DNA of 59,037 bases from Gemmatimonadota bacterium (GTDB lineage: Bacteria; Gemmatimonadota; Gemmatimonadetes; Longimicrobiales; Gaopeijiaceae), in contig JBBDLO010000036.1 of the NCBI GenBank assembly GCA_040878815.1, positions 1 through 59,037 on the forward strand, in the 5' to 3' direction. The first letter of the stretch is position 1, and every line of letters begins with the position of its first letter. Of this stretch, positions 1 through 7,980 are shown piece after piece. Made by a program: the position numbers and the translations under genes. The notes below the pieces were generated by a model. It was given only the letters and a program-made list of their open reading frames with translations, was not told the DNA's origin and did not search any database.

Positions 1-2
1 GC

Positions 3-110
3 AAGAGTAAGGCTCGTGCAGCCCGGCAAAATGGTCTCAAGGGTGGCCGGCCACGCAAAGCTGCAACCGAGAAGTCCGGGGCCGCGAAACGATCGAAGAG
101 TCCCGCCTAG
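3..110 (+). CDS. 3' end of a small basic protein cut by the window edge (...KSKARAARQNGLKGGRPRKAATEKSGAAKRSKSPA*). The tail resembles C-termini of small antitoxin or HTH-type DNA-binding proteins.
   Basis: The frame is open from the window edge to TAG at 108-110. The Lys/Arg-rich 'AARxNGxKGGRPRK'-type tail is recognised from memory only, and no domain is visible. Confidence 0.25.
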   Translation, partial: KSKARAARQNGLKGGRPRKAATEKSGAAKRSKSPA

Positions 111-383
111 CGATCCCGCGGAGCACGAGCCCCGCTCAGCGGCAATCCGTCGGTATTGCTGACCGCCCGGATACTGAGGAAAAGGGCGATCCCCAAGAAC
201 CACCGCTCCATCCGCCTTCCGCTGTGACCTTCCGGCATGACGCCCTCTCCGTGACTGGCTGGTTACCCAATTGAATCCTTTTCGTGAGCGAAACCCCGGC
301 TTCGTCGCCGCAGCTTTCTACCGGTACGGCTTCCCTGGGGACACCTTCCCCGCCGGATGATCCCTTGCTGAGTATGAAAACCC

Positions 384-1064
384 ATGAACCTCCTCCATCG
401 AAACTCCCGCGCCGCAGGCCTGACCGCGGTCACCCTCTTGGCTGTGTCCGCCTACTCGACGTCTCCGGCTGCCGCCGTCCACCCCTCACACTGTTTCGCG
501 AACGGGGTCGAGCTCACGCCGCACCCCTTCGCCGGATTGACGCAACCCGCAGCCGCTCCGGATGAACTCCTGGCCCTTGTAGAGATTCCGGCCGGGAGCG
601 CCGTCAAGTACGACCTCCACCATCCGTCGGGACGGATGGTGGTCGACCGGTTCCTCACCATGCCCATGGCCTATCCCATCAACTACGGAGTCCTCCCCTG
701 CACACTCGCGGGAGACGGCGACGCACTCGACATCCTGGTCCTCACGCGGGCTCCGCTCGCACCGGGCTCCGTCATCCGCGTTCGCCCGATCGGAGTCCTC
801 CGGATGCTCGATCGCGGCGAAGAAGATCACAAGATCCTTGCCGTTCCCCTCTCTTCGGTTGATGCGACGTACGACGGAATCGCCGCAGCCACCGATCTTC
901 CGCCCGACGAACTCGCCCGGATCGAGGCCTTCTTCGGCGTGTACAAGGAGCTTCCACATCCTCCGGCCGAGGTCCAGGGGGGACCGTGGGAGGGTCCCGC
1001 CGCCGCCCTCACCCTGGTGCGCTCCGCGATGGCCACGGCCGCTGCGCCCACGCTGCACGATTGA
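384..1064 (+). CDS. ppa: Family I inorganic pyrophosphatase with an N-terminal Sec-type signal peptide
   Basis: PPase core motifs are present: EIPAGSAVKYDL, GDGDALDILVL, RMLDRGEEDHKILAVP. The N-terminus MNLLHRNSRAAGLTAVTLLAVSAYSTSPAAA/V has the n-, h- and c-regions of a signal peptide. Confidence 0.85.
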   Translation: MNLLHRNSRAAGLTAVTLLAVSAYSTSPAAAVHPSHCFANGVELTPHPFAGLTQPAAAPDELLALVEIPAGSAVKYDLHHPSGRMVVDRFLTMPMAYPINYGVLPCTLAGDGDALDILVLTRAPLAPGSVIRVRPIGVLRMLDRGEEDHKILAVPLSSVDATYDGIAAATDLPPDELARIEAFFGVYKELPHPPAEVQGGPWEGPAAALTLVRSAMATAAAPTLHD

Positions 1065-1069
1065 AGAGA

Positions 1070-1094
1070 CCCGCCGGGGTGGGGAACGGGCGGG
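1070..1094 (+). terminator. GC hairpin just after the ppa stop (CCCGCC-N13-GGCGGG), with no U-tract
   Basis: Inverted repeat at 1070-1075 and 1089-1094, read directly from the sequence. It lies exactly where the minus-strand receptor-like similarity ends. Confidence 0.3.
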
Positions 1095-1096
1095 CC

Positions 1097-1360
1097 CCGA
1101 ATTCCCTGGTAGTAGCGCAACAACTGATTCGTCAGGTTGTTCGCTTCGAAGAAGAACTGGACCTGCCGGGTGATCAGGATCGTCCCATTGAGGTCGACGT
1201 TCACCTGATCGTCATAGTACCGGTCGAAGAACGTCGACTCCCCGACGGATCCCGGATCGATGAAGTCGCTGGTGTAGTTGAACGACTTCCGCAGTCCGAG
1301 GCGTCCGTAGTCGTAGGAGGGGGAGAGGATTGCGGTGTGTGCCGCCGACCCCGGGAAAGG
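1097..1360 (-). pseudogene. C-terminal remnant of a TonB-dependent receptor / outer-membrane beta-barrel gene
   Basis: The minus-strand translation reads ...ILSPSYDYGRLGLRKSFNYTSDFIDPGSVGESTFFDRYYDDQVNVDLNGTILITRQVQFFFEANNLTNQLLRYYQGIR. This resembles the last beta-strands of TonB-dependent receptors (the NLTNxxxRYYQG motif). An in-frame TGA lies immediately upstream at 1361-1363, and no plug or barrel sequence precedes it. After 1097 the frame runs antisense into ppa, with no normal aromatic C-terminus. Confidence 0.5.
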
Positions 1361-1494
1361 TCACCCGGGGACATCGCGGTCCTCTCACGGGAGAGGAAAC
1401 CGCATCGTACCGGGGGCGTGAATGGGAGGTAACGAGGAAGGGATGGGGGGAACCGCAGGAAGCGGAGCGGTCCTATGGGACTCTGACTCTGAAG

Positions 1495-1578
1495 TGCCGG
1501 GAGCGAGACTCGAACTCGCAAGGGGTTTCCCCCAGAGGTTTTTGAGACCTCCGCGTCTACCGATTCCGCCATCCCGGC
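1495..1578 (-). tRNA. tRNA-Leu (anticodon CAA), class II with a long variable arm
   Basis: The reverse complement is GCCGGGATGGCGGAATCGGTAGACGCGGAGGTCTCAAAAACCTCTGGGGGAAACCCCTTGCGAGTTCGAGTCTCGCTCCCGGCA. It folds by eye: acceptor GCCGGGA/TCCCGGC, anticodon stem GAGGT/ACCTC with loop CTCAAAA, variable arm GGGG-GAAA-CCCC, T-arm GCGAG-TTCGAGT-CTCGC, discriminator A. CCA is not encoded. Confidence 0.9.
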
Positions 1579-1672
1579 GCACGAATAACCTATCCCCGAG
1601 GAGCCCGGTTGTGCAGGGGACCTGCGAATATCCGAGAACCTCACCGCTGCCACTGCCGTCGCACGGAAACCC

Positions 1673-3160
1673 TCAGCCCCGCCCGCCGTCGATGCGGACC
1701 TCGATATCCCGCCACCTTCCCTGACGAAACCTGACCACACTCAGCAGCGCGCGCGTGGCGTGTCCAAGGACGATCGCGAGCCAGATATCGCCGGCTTCGA
1801 GACCCCGCATCGCATCAATCGCGGCACACAACCCCAGCGGCACGATGAGCTGCGAGACGATGGAGATGTACAGCGGGCTCCTCGTATCCCCCGTACCCTG
1901 AAGCCCCGCCGTGTAGGTGAGGGCCACCGTCACGAAGAAGCCCGAGACGGCCAGGTAGGAAAGGAGTTGTACGCCCAGGTCGACGACGACGGGTTCCGTC
2001 ATCCCGAACACCCCCAGGAGGACGCGCGGAATCGTGACGAAGAGCGCCCCGATGAGGAGCGCCATCGCCACCCCGAAATACACTGCGACGCGGACGGCGT
2101 GCACCGTTCGATCCGGACGGCCGGCCCCGAGGTTCTGGCCGGCGACGGCCGCCGCCGCCCCCATGAGTCCCACCGACGTCCAGGTGACAAGTGAGAAGAG
2201 CTCAGTGTACCCAACGGCATACACGGCCTGTGCTTCCGCGCTGCGTTCCAGACCCCCGACGAAGCGGAGGAGGACCACCCCTCCCACATTCATCGCGATC
2301 CCCTGGACCCCTGTGGGGAGCCCGAAGCGAAAGAGTTCCCGGATGATCCCCCAGTCCAGACGCCAACTCATGCCCCGCTCGAAGGCGACCACCGCCCGAT
2401 TCGAAAGGAGCAGCGCGAGCACGATCACGCTGATGATCCCCGCCGAGATCACGGTCCCCATGGCCGCGCCGGTCGTTCCAAAGGCCGGAATGGGTCCGAA
2501 TCCGCGAATCAGGATCACGTTGAGGGTGATGTTCAGGACGGTCAGGAGGATCCCGAGCCGCAGGGGAGTCGTGGCGTCCCCGGCCGAACGAAAGGCTCCG
2601 GCCGTCATGAAGAACATCATGAGTCCGAAGGAAAAGACGAACATGATGCGGAGGTAGGGGAGCGCCTCGGTCGTGACCTCGGGCGCCGCGTTGACGAGCC
2701 CGAGCAGGTAGGGAGAGAACACGTACCCAAGGGGCGCCATCACCCCGATGGAGAGGACGGCCGCAGTGAGGAACGCCTGATAGACGGTGCGATTCACCTT
2801 CCGGGCGTCGTTCTGCCCCGCGAATCGTGCCACCAGGATCCCCATCCCGGTGAAGACCGAAACGATGAAGACGATGACCACCAGAAAGATCTGCCAGGCG
2901 ACTCCGATCGCCGCGTTTCCCACGAATCCCACGTAGTGCCCGACCATCGCATGGTCGATGATCCCCTGGAGCCCGCCGATGACATTCTGGAGCATCGTCG
3001 GCCAGGCCAGGCGCCAGACGGCACCCGGAATCGGACCCTCGACGATGCGACGGTCGAACCCCCTGGATACGAGTGGTTTCTCGGCCAAGCGTGATGGGGG
3101 GAGCGGGAGGGGCGGGATCGAGGACCCCGGAAGATGTCGGCCGCACCCTGCTTTCGCCAT
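1673..3160 (-). CDS. MATE family multidrug/toxin efflux transporter
   Basis: Twelve-TM-like hydrophobic protein with a MATE-type N-terminus (WRLAWPTMLQNVIGGLQGIIDHAMVGH). The start was re-called to the internal Met (MAKAGCG...) because the longer ORF overlaps the acnA upstream region. The start is uncertain. Confidence 0.8.
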   Translation of the reverse strand: MAKAGCGRHLPGSSIPPLPLPPSRLAEKPLVSRGFDRRIVEGPIPGAVWRLAWPTMLQNVIGGLQGIIDHAMVGHYVGFVGNAAIGVAWQIFLVVIVFIVSVFTGMGILVARFAGQNDARKVNRTVYQAFLTAAVLSIGVMAPLGYVFSPYLLGLVNAAPEVTTEALPYLRIMFVFSFGLMMFFMTAGAFRSAGDATTPLRLGILLTVLNITLNVILIRGFGPIPAFGTTGAAMGTVISAGIISVIVLALLLSNRAVVAFERGMSWRLDWGIIRELFRFGLPTGVQGIAMNVGGVVLLRFVGGLERSAEAQAVYAVGYTELFSLVTWTSVGLMGAAAAVAGQNLGAGRPDRTVHAVRVAVYFGVAMALLIGALFVTIPRVLLGVFGMTEPVVVDLGVQLLSYLAVSGFFVTVALTYTAGLQGTGDTRSPLYISIVSQLIVPLGLCAAIDAMRGLEAGDIWLAIVLGHATRALLSVVRFRQGRWRDIEVRIDGGRG

Positions 3161-3299
3161 ACCACGGGGCGGGTTGCGGCCGCAGGCCTCGGTTCGCTTC
3201 CCTGTCCTCCCGGTCGAAACTTTCGTAACCTTAAGGGCTTTCGGAGTGCGCCCGATCGATGCGCCCCGGCCCAGCAAACCCGACCTGGAAGGAGCGAAA

Positions 3300-6152
3300 T
3301 TGGGAACCCAGTTGAAGGATCCATTCGGAGCCCTCACCACCGTCGACCTCCGCGAGGGTTCGACCTCGCTTTACAGGATTGCGCGGCTCGAAGAAGAGGG
3401 CCTCACCTCGATCGACCGCCTCCCCTTCTCGATTCGCATCCTTTTGGAGAACGCGCTTCGGCACGCCGGAAAGGGATACGTCACGGAAGATGACGTCCGC
3501 GCCGTGGCGGCGTGGAGCCCCAGTAACGCCGGTGCCAACATCCCCTTCATGCCGACCCGCGTGGTCCTCCAGGACTTCACCGGCGTCCCGGCGGTTGTGG
3601 ATCTGGCGGCGATGCGGGCTCGCCTGGCGAGCCTCGGGGGGCGTCCGGACCGGATCAATCCCCAGGTCCCGGCGGATCTCGTCATCGATCACTCCGTCCA
3701 GGTCGACTACTTCGGGAACGCCGACGCGTACCGGATGAATGTGGCCAAGGAATTCGAGCGCAATGGCGAGCGGTATGCGCTGCTCCGTTGGGCGCAGAAG
3801 GCCTTCGAGAACTTCAGCGTGGTGCCTCCCGGAACCGGGATCGTCCACCAGGTGAACCTCGAGTACCTGGCCTCCGTCGTGCATCGGCGAGAAGAAGCCG
3901 GCCTCCCGCTCGCCTTCCCCGATACGTTGGTGGGAACCGACTCCCATACGACGATGATCAATGGAATCGGGGTGGTGGGTTGGGGAGTGGGCGGAATCGA
4001 GGCCGAGGCGGTCCTACTCGGCCAGCCTTACTACATGCTGATGCCCGAGGTCGTCGGAGTGAAGATCACGGGAACGCTTCCGGAAGGGTCCACGGCCACG
4101 GACCTCGTCCTCCGGGTAACGGAGCTGCTCCGCAAGCACGGCGTCGTGAACCGTTTTGTGGAGTTCTATGGCAAGGGGCTCTCCTCGCTGACGCTGCCGG
4201 ACCGTGCCACCATCGCGAACATGTCTCCCGAGTACGGGGCCACCATCGGCTTCTTTCCGGTCGATGATGAGGCGCTACGCTACCTGGAGGGGACGGGAAG
4301 GAGCCCGGAACTGGTCGAACGGGTGGAACGGGTGTCGCGGGAGCTCAGCCTCTTCCGCACGGACGATACGCCGGACCCGGAGTACACCACCTCGCTCGAG
4401 CTCGATCTCTCTTCGATCGAGCCCTCGGTGGCAGGCCCGCGGCGACCCCAGGACCGAATCGCCCTCGCAGATCTGCGGGAAGGGTTCCTGCGCGACCTCG
4501 ACGGGCTCCTGCCACAGGGGTTCTCGCTTCCCAAGAAGAACGACGAGATCGCTACATGGAAGGACGAAGGCGGTAGTAGCGCGCGGGTGACGGAAGAAGG
4601 CGAGGATGCTCCCGAGCCGTCCTCCGCGACCGGTGGGGACCGTCACTCCGCCGCAACGCTGGTCCGCAGCACAGATCCTCGTACGGTGACGGTCGAGCTC
4701 GATGGGAAGTCGATGGAAATCACGGACGGGACGATCGTGATTGCGGCGATCACCTCCTGCACGAACACCTCGAACCCCTCCGTCATGGTGGGGGCCGGCC
4801 TTGTGGCCAAGAAGGCCCTGGCCCGGGGGCTCGACGTGAAGCCCTGGGTGAAGACCTCGATGGCTCCAGGCTCGAAGGTGGTGACCGATTATCTGGAGGC
4901 GGCCGATCTGCTGACCTCGCTCGAAGCCCTCCACTTCGATGTGGTCGGGTACGGGTGCACGACCTGCATCGGGAACTCGGGACCTCTGGCCGAGCCCCTT
5001 GCGGAGGCCATCAAGGAGAACGGATTGGTCGTCTCGGCCGTCCTCTCCGGAAATCGCAACTTCGAAGCGCGGATTCACCCCCTGGTACGCGCGAACTACC
5101 TGGCCTCGCCGATGCTCGTGGTCGCGTTCGCCTTGGCGGGCCGCGTCGATATCGACCTCAGGAATGATCCCATTGGCATCGGTTCGGACGGAGAGCCGGT
5201 CTATCTGCGGGACATCTGGCCCAGCCAGACGGAGATCCGGGATACCATCCGCGCCTGCCTCAAGCCGGAGATGTACCGGAACCGCTACGCCGAGGTCTTC
5301 GAGGGGGACGACCTCTGGCAGGCGCTCCCGCTCCCGTCGGGCGACGTATCCCTGTACGAGTGGGACGACGACTCCACCTACGTCCAGAATCCGCCCTTCT
5401 TCGAGGGACTGAACCTCGACGTGCCGGCCTTGGCCGATATTGAGGGCGCCCGGGTTCTCGCCTTGCTGGGGAACAGCGTAACCACCGATCACATCTCCCC
5501 TGCCGGGGCGATTCCCAAGGACGAGCCCGCCGGTCGCTATCTCCAGGAGAAGGGCGTGAAGCCCTGGGAATTCAACACGTTCGGCGCCCGCCGTGGAAAT
5601 CACGAGGTAATGATGCGGGGCACCTTCGGAAATGTCCGCATCCGCAACCTCCTCCTCGAGAGCAAGGAAGGGGGATACACGAAGCACCTTCCGGAGGGCG
5701 AGGTCATGCCCATCTACGACGCCGCGATGAAGTATCAGGCGGAGGGCACCCCGCTGGTGATCCTCGCCGGGTCGGAGTACGGTGCCGGATCCTCTCGGGA
5801 TTGGGCGGCGAAGGGAACCGGGCTCCTGGGCGTGCGGGCGGTGATCGCCTCCGGATACGAGCGGATCCACCGTTCGAATCTCGTGGGGATGGGTGTTCTT
5901 CCCCTGGAGTTTCCCGAGGGCAAGACCGCCGCGGAGCTGGGACTGAATGGCACCGAACGATTCGACATTCGGGGGATCGCCGCGGGTCTGGCTCCAAACT
6001 CGACCGTAGAGGTGGTGGCGCGACGCGACGACGGGACCGAGATCCGCTTCGAGGCCGCGGTTCGCCTCGACTCCGAGATCGACCTGGAGTACTACCGCAA
6101 CGGCGGGATCCTCCACACGGTCCTGCGGAAGATGGGTCGAGGGGAAATGTAG
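3300..6152 (+). CDS. acnA: Aconitate hydratase A
   Basis: Aconitase motifs are present: VLQDFTGVPAVVDLAAMR, GTDSHTTMINGIGVVGWGVGGIEAE, IAAITSCTNTSNP, GCTTCIGNSG, NRNFEARIHP, GSSRDWAAKG. I place the start at in-frame TTG 3300, preceded by GGAAGGAG with a 5-nt spacer. The ORF-track start at 2958 gives a non-homologous extension. Confidence 0.9.
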   Translation: MGTQLKDPFGALTTVDLREGSTSLYRIARLEEEGLTSIDRLPFSIRILLENALRHAGKGYVTEDDVRAVAAWSPSNAGANIPFMPTRVVLQDFTGVPAVVDLAAMRARLASLGGRPDRINPQVPADLVIDHSVQVDYFGNADAYRMNVAKEFERNGERYALLRWAQKAFENFSVVPPGTGIVHQVNLEYLASVVHRREEAGLPLAFPDTLVGTDSHTTMINGIGVVGWGVGGIEAEAVLLGQPYYMLMPEVVGVKITGTLPEGSTATDLVLRVTELLRKHGVVNRFVEFYGKGLSSLTLPDRATIANMSPEYGATIGFFPVDDEALRYLEGTGRSPELVERVERVSRELSLFRTDDTPDPEYTTSLELDLSSIEPSVAGPRRPQDRIALADLREGFLRDLDGLLPQGFSLPKKNDEIATWKDEGGSSARVTEEGEDAPEPSSATGGDRHSAATLVRSTDPRTVTVELDGKSMEITDGTIVIAAITSCTNTSNPSVMVGAGLVAKKALARGLDVKPWVKTSMAPGSKVVTDYLEAADLLTSLEALHFDVVGYGCTTCIGNSGPLAEPLAEAIKENGLVVSAVLSGNRNFEARIHPLVRANYLASPMLVVAFALAGRVDIDLRNDPIGIGSDGEPVYLRDIWPSQTEIRDTIRACLKPEMYRNRYAEVFEGDDLWQALPLPSGDVSLYEWDDDSTYVQNPPFFEGLNLDVPALADIEGARVLALLGNSVTTDHISPAGAIPKDEPAGRYLQEKGVKPWEFNTFGARRGNHEVMMRGTFGNVRIRNLLLESKEGGYTKHLPEGEVMPIYDAAMKYQAEGTPLVILAGSEYGAGSSRDWAAKGTGLLGVRAVIASGYERIHRSNLVGMGVLPLEFPEGKTAAELGLNGTERFDIRGIAAGLAPNSTVEVVARRDDGTEIRFEAAVRLDSEIDLEYYRNGGILHTVLRKMGRGEM

Positions 6153-6170
6153 AGCGCGGTACTTCGCGCT
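6153..6170. terminator. 6-bp hairpin (AGCGCG-GTACTT-CGCGCT) between convergent acnA and the 6169-6921 gene
   Basis: Perfect inverted repeat read directly from the sequence. It overlaps the minus-strand stop codon and has no U-tract. Confidence 0.3.
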
Positions 6171-6921
6171 ACTGCATTTCCCAGGGTTCGTATTTGGTCC
6201 GAAGCGCCACCGGCGGCCCCAAGATCTCGGTGAGCACGACGGCCTGTCGCACGTCCTCGTGATTCGCGGAGAGCAGAAGCTTTGCGTACGGGGAAGGCCG
6301 GCGGCGAGACCGGACCTCGGGCGGAGCGCCCAGCGTTCGGTCCGTCCAGGCGCTCCCTCCTTCCTCTGGGAGACCGAGCGACGTCGCCCGACCCGTGGTG
6401 GCTCGAGGCCGGCGTGGCGTGGAGCCCCGCCCCTCGCGGGAAGGCACGGGGAGAAGGTCCGGAAGCGGGGATGAGGACGGATCGAGGCGCCGACCCGGCT
6501 CGACTTTTCGTCCCGCCTGCACCGCACGGTCCGGGAATTCCTCCTTCTTCGCAATCGGCGGAAGTGCCGGCCGGTTCGATCGCACCTCCTCTTCTACCTC
6601 CGGAGCCTCCTTTCCGATCGTGGCCTCTCCGGTCAGGATCGCCCAGAAGTCCTGCGGAATCATGGAATCCGAGGTCTCCCGTCGCTCCTCTGATCCGCGC
6701 GATGCGGAGGGTGCGTCGACTTCCCTCGAAACGTCGGAGGGGCGGCCGCTCCAGCGGTCCTCTTCATCGATTGTCGCTACCGGATCCGAGGCGTCCTCTC
6801 CCTGCTCCTCCCGATCCATCTCCTCCATCCGGCGCTTCTTCTTCTGCCCCCTCGCCACCGCGTCGAGAATCGACGCGACGACGAGGATGAGCACGAACAT
6901 GACTTCGAATCCTCCATCCAT
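6169..6921 (-). CDS. Hypothetical membrane-anchored protein: one N-terminal TM, a long charged/Pro-rich disordered region and a short ordered C-terminal segment
   Basis: N-terminal TM segment FEVMFVLILVVASILDAV followed by KKKRR. The gene lies 22 nt downstream of floA on the same strand. The C-terminal YAKLLLSANHEDVRQAVVLTEILGPPVALR is the only non-low-complexity part. Confidence 0.55.
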   Translation of the reverse strand: MDGGFEVMFVLILVVASILDAVARGQKKKRRMEEMDREEQGEDASDPVATIDEEDRWSGRPSDVSREVDAPSASRGSEERRETSDSMIPQDFWAILTGEATIGKEAPEVEEEVRSNRPALPPIAKKEEFPDRAVQAGRKVEPGRRLDPSSSPLPDLLPVPSREGRGSTPRRPRATTGRATSLGLPEEGGSAWTDRTLGAPPEVRSRRRPSPYAKLLLSANHEDVRQAVVLTEILGPPVALRTKYEPWEMQ

Positions 6922-6942
6922 GGACTTCGGTCTCCGGTCCGA

Positions 6943-7953
6943 TCAGGAAGAGGTAGAATCAGAGTCTCGACCGCCACTCTGATCCGGGCCCCCGGCGATC
7001 GAGGAACGCATCGAGGTGTCGGATTCGACGTTTCGATACCGCATGTAGTCCATGATCCCCATGTTGCCGTCCCGGAAGGCCGCCGCCATCGCCTTCGGTA
7101 CCTCGGCCTCCGCCTCGACAACGCGAGCGCGCATCTCCTGAACCTTCGCGATCATCTCCTGCTCCAGCGCGACGGCCATCGCCCGCCGCTCCTCGGCTCG
7201 TGCCTGCGCGACCCGCTTGTCCGCCTCGGCCTGATCGGTCTGCAGCTCGGCCCCGATGTTCTTCCCCACATCGACGTCCGCGATATCGATGGAGAGGATC
7301 TCGAAGGCCGTGCCCGAATCGAGCCCTCTGGATAGAACGGTCTTGGAGATGGAATCGGGATTCTCGAGCACCGCCTTGTGCGAGTCGGAGGACCCGATCG
7401 AAGACACGATCCCTTCGCCGACGCGGGCCAGGATCGTCTCCTCACCGGCGCCACCGACCAATCGATTGATATTGGCGCGTACCGTGACCCTCGCGACGGT
7501 GATCAACTGGATCCCATCGCGGGCCATCGCCGAGATCCGTGGCGTATTGATGACCTTCGGGTTCACCGAAACCTGGACCGCCTCGAAGACGTCCCGTCCC
7601 GCGAGGTCGATGGCGGCCGCCTGCTGAAGGGTCAGGTCGATATTCGCCTTGTCGGCCGAGATCAACGCACGCACGACACGATCGACCCTCCCCCCGGCGA
7701 GGTAATGGGCTTCCAGATCGCCGACCGTCATATCGAGTCCGGCCTTGGTCGCCCAGATGAGGGGGCGAACGACCTCCGGTGGATTCACCTTCCGGAGACG
7801 CATCCCGATGAGGTACCCGATTCCCACCCGAGCCCCCGCGGAGATGGCCTCGACCCAGAGCCGGAGCGGGATCGCCCAGAGGAGGATGAGAACCAGAACC
7901 ACCACGCCCAGAAGGGCCAGGGCCTGCATGCCGAATACGAGATCTTCATTCAT
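6943..7953 (-). CDS. floA: Flotillin-like protein FloA (YqfA/UPF0365 family)
   Basis: Near-colinear similarity to B. subtilis FloA as I remember it: [108 protein letters not shown]. Confidence 0.93.
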   Translation of the reverse strand: MNEDLVFGMQALALLGVVVLVLILLWAIPLRLWVEAISAGARVGIGYLIGMRLRKVNPPEVVRPLIWATKAGLDMTVGDLEAHYLAGGRVDRVVRALISADKANIDLTLQQAAAIDLAGRDVFEAVQVSVNPKVINTPRISAMARDGIQLITVARVTVRANINRLVGGAGEETILARVGEGIVSSIGSSDSHKAVLENPDSISKTVLSRGLDSGTAFEILSIDIADVDVGKNIGAELQTDQAEADKRVAQARAEERRAMAVALEQEMIAKVQEMRARVVEAEAEVPKAMAAAFRDGNMGIMDYMRYRNVESDTSMRSSIAGGPDQSGGRDSDSTSS

Positions 7954-7980
7954 TCCGAATGGTCTCCACGGAGAAGGGGG

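Noticed and set aside
107-238. A 35-44-codon hydrophobic minus-strand ORF (M..ERWFLGIALFLSIRAVSNTDG...) converges on the antitoxin-like tail and shares a CTAG stop overlap. I considered it as a small membrane toxin.
   Set aside because: It is too short and has no SD that I can see. Its only support is one hydrophobic stretch, and such ORFs arise by chance. It could be revisited if the left-flanking genes turn out to be a TA locus.
2958-3299. N-terminal extensions implied by the ORF-track starts: acnA from 2958, rng from 13865, recQ from 15625, panC from 40900, trpF from 49675, trpD from 52248, aspS from 37212, meaB from 29943 and the HD-GYP gene from 45693.
   Set aside because: The extensions lack family similarity, are Arg/Pro-rich, and often overlap the neighbouring gene or divergent promoter. 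Internal starts give family-typical N-termini, often with an SD or a stop/start overlap.
4275-6554. Very long antisense ORFs opposite well-supported genes: 4275-6554 (759 aa), 7378-9066, 14279-15703, 16063-17244, 23750-26605 (951 aa), 35542-37122 and 55381-56967.
   Set aside because: Their translations are Arg/Gly/Pro/His-rich low-complexity strings with no motifs. The opposite strand encodes clear acnA, nfeD/floA, recQ, cimA, glucan synthase, aspS and purB homologues. Long stop-free antisense frames are expected in a genome this GC-rich.
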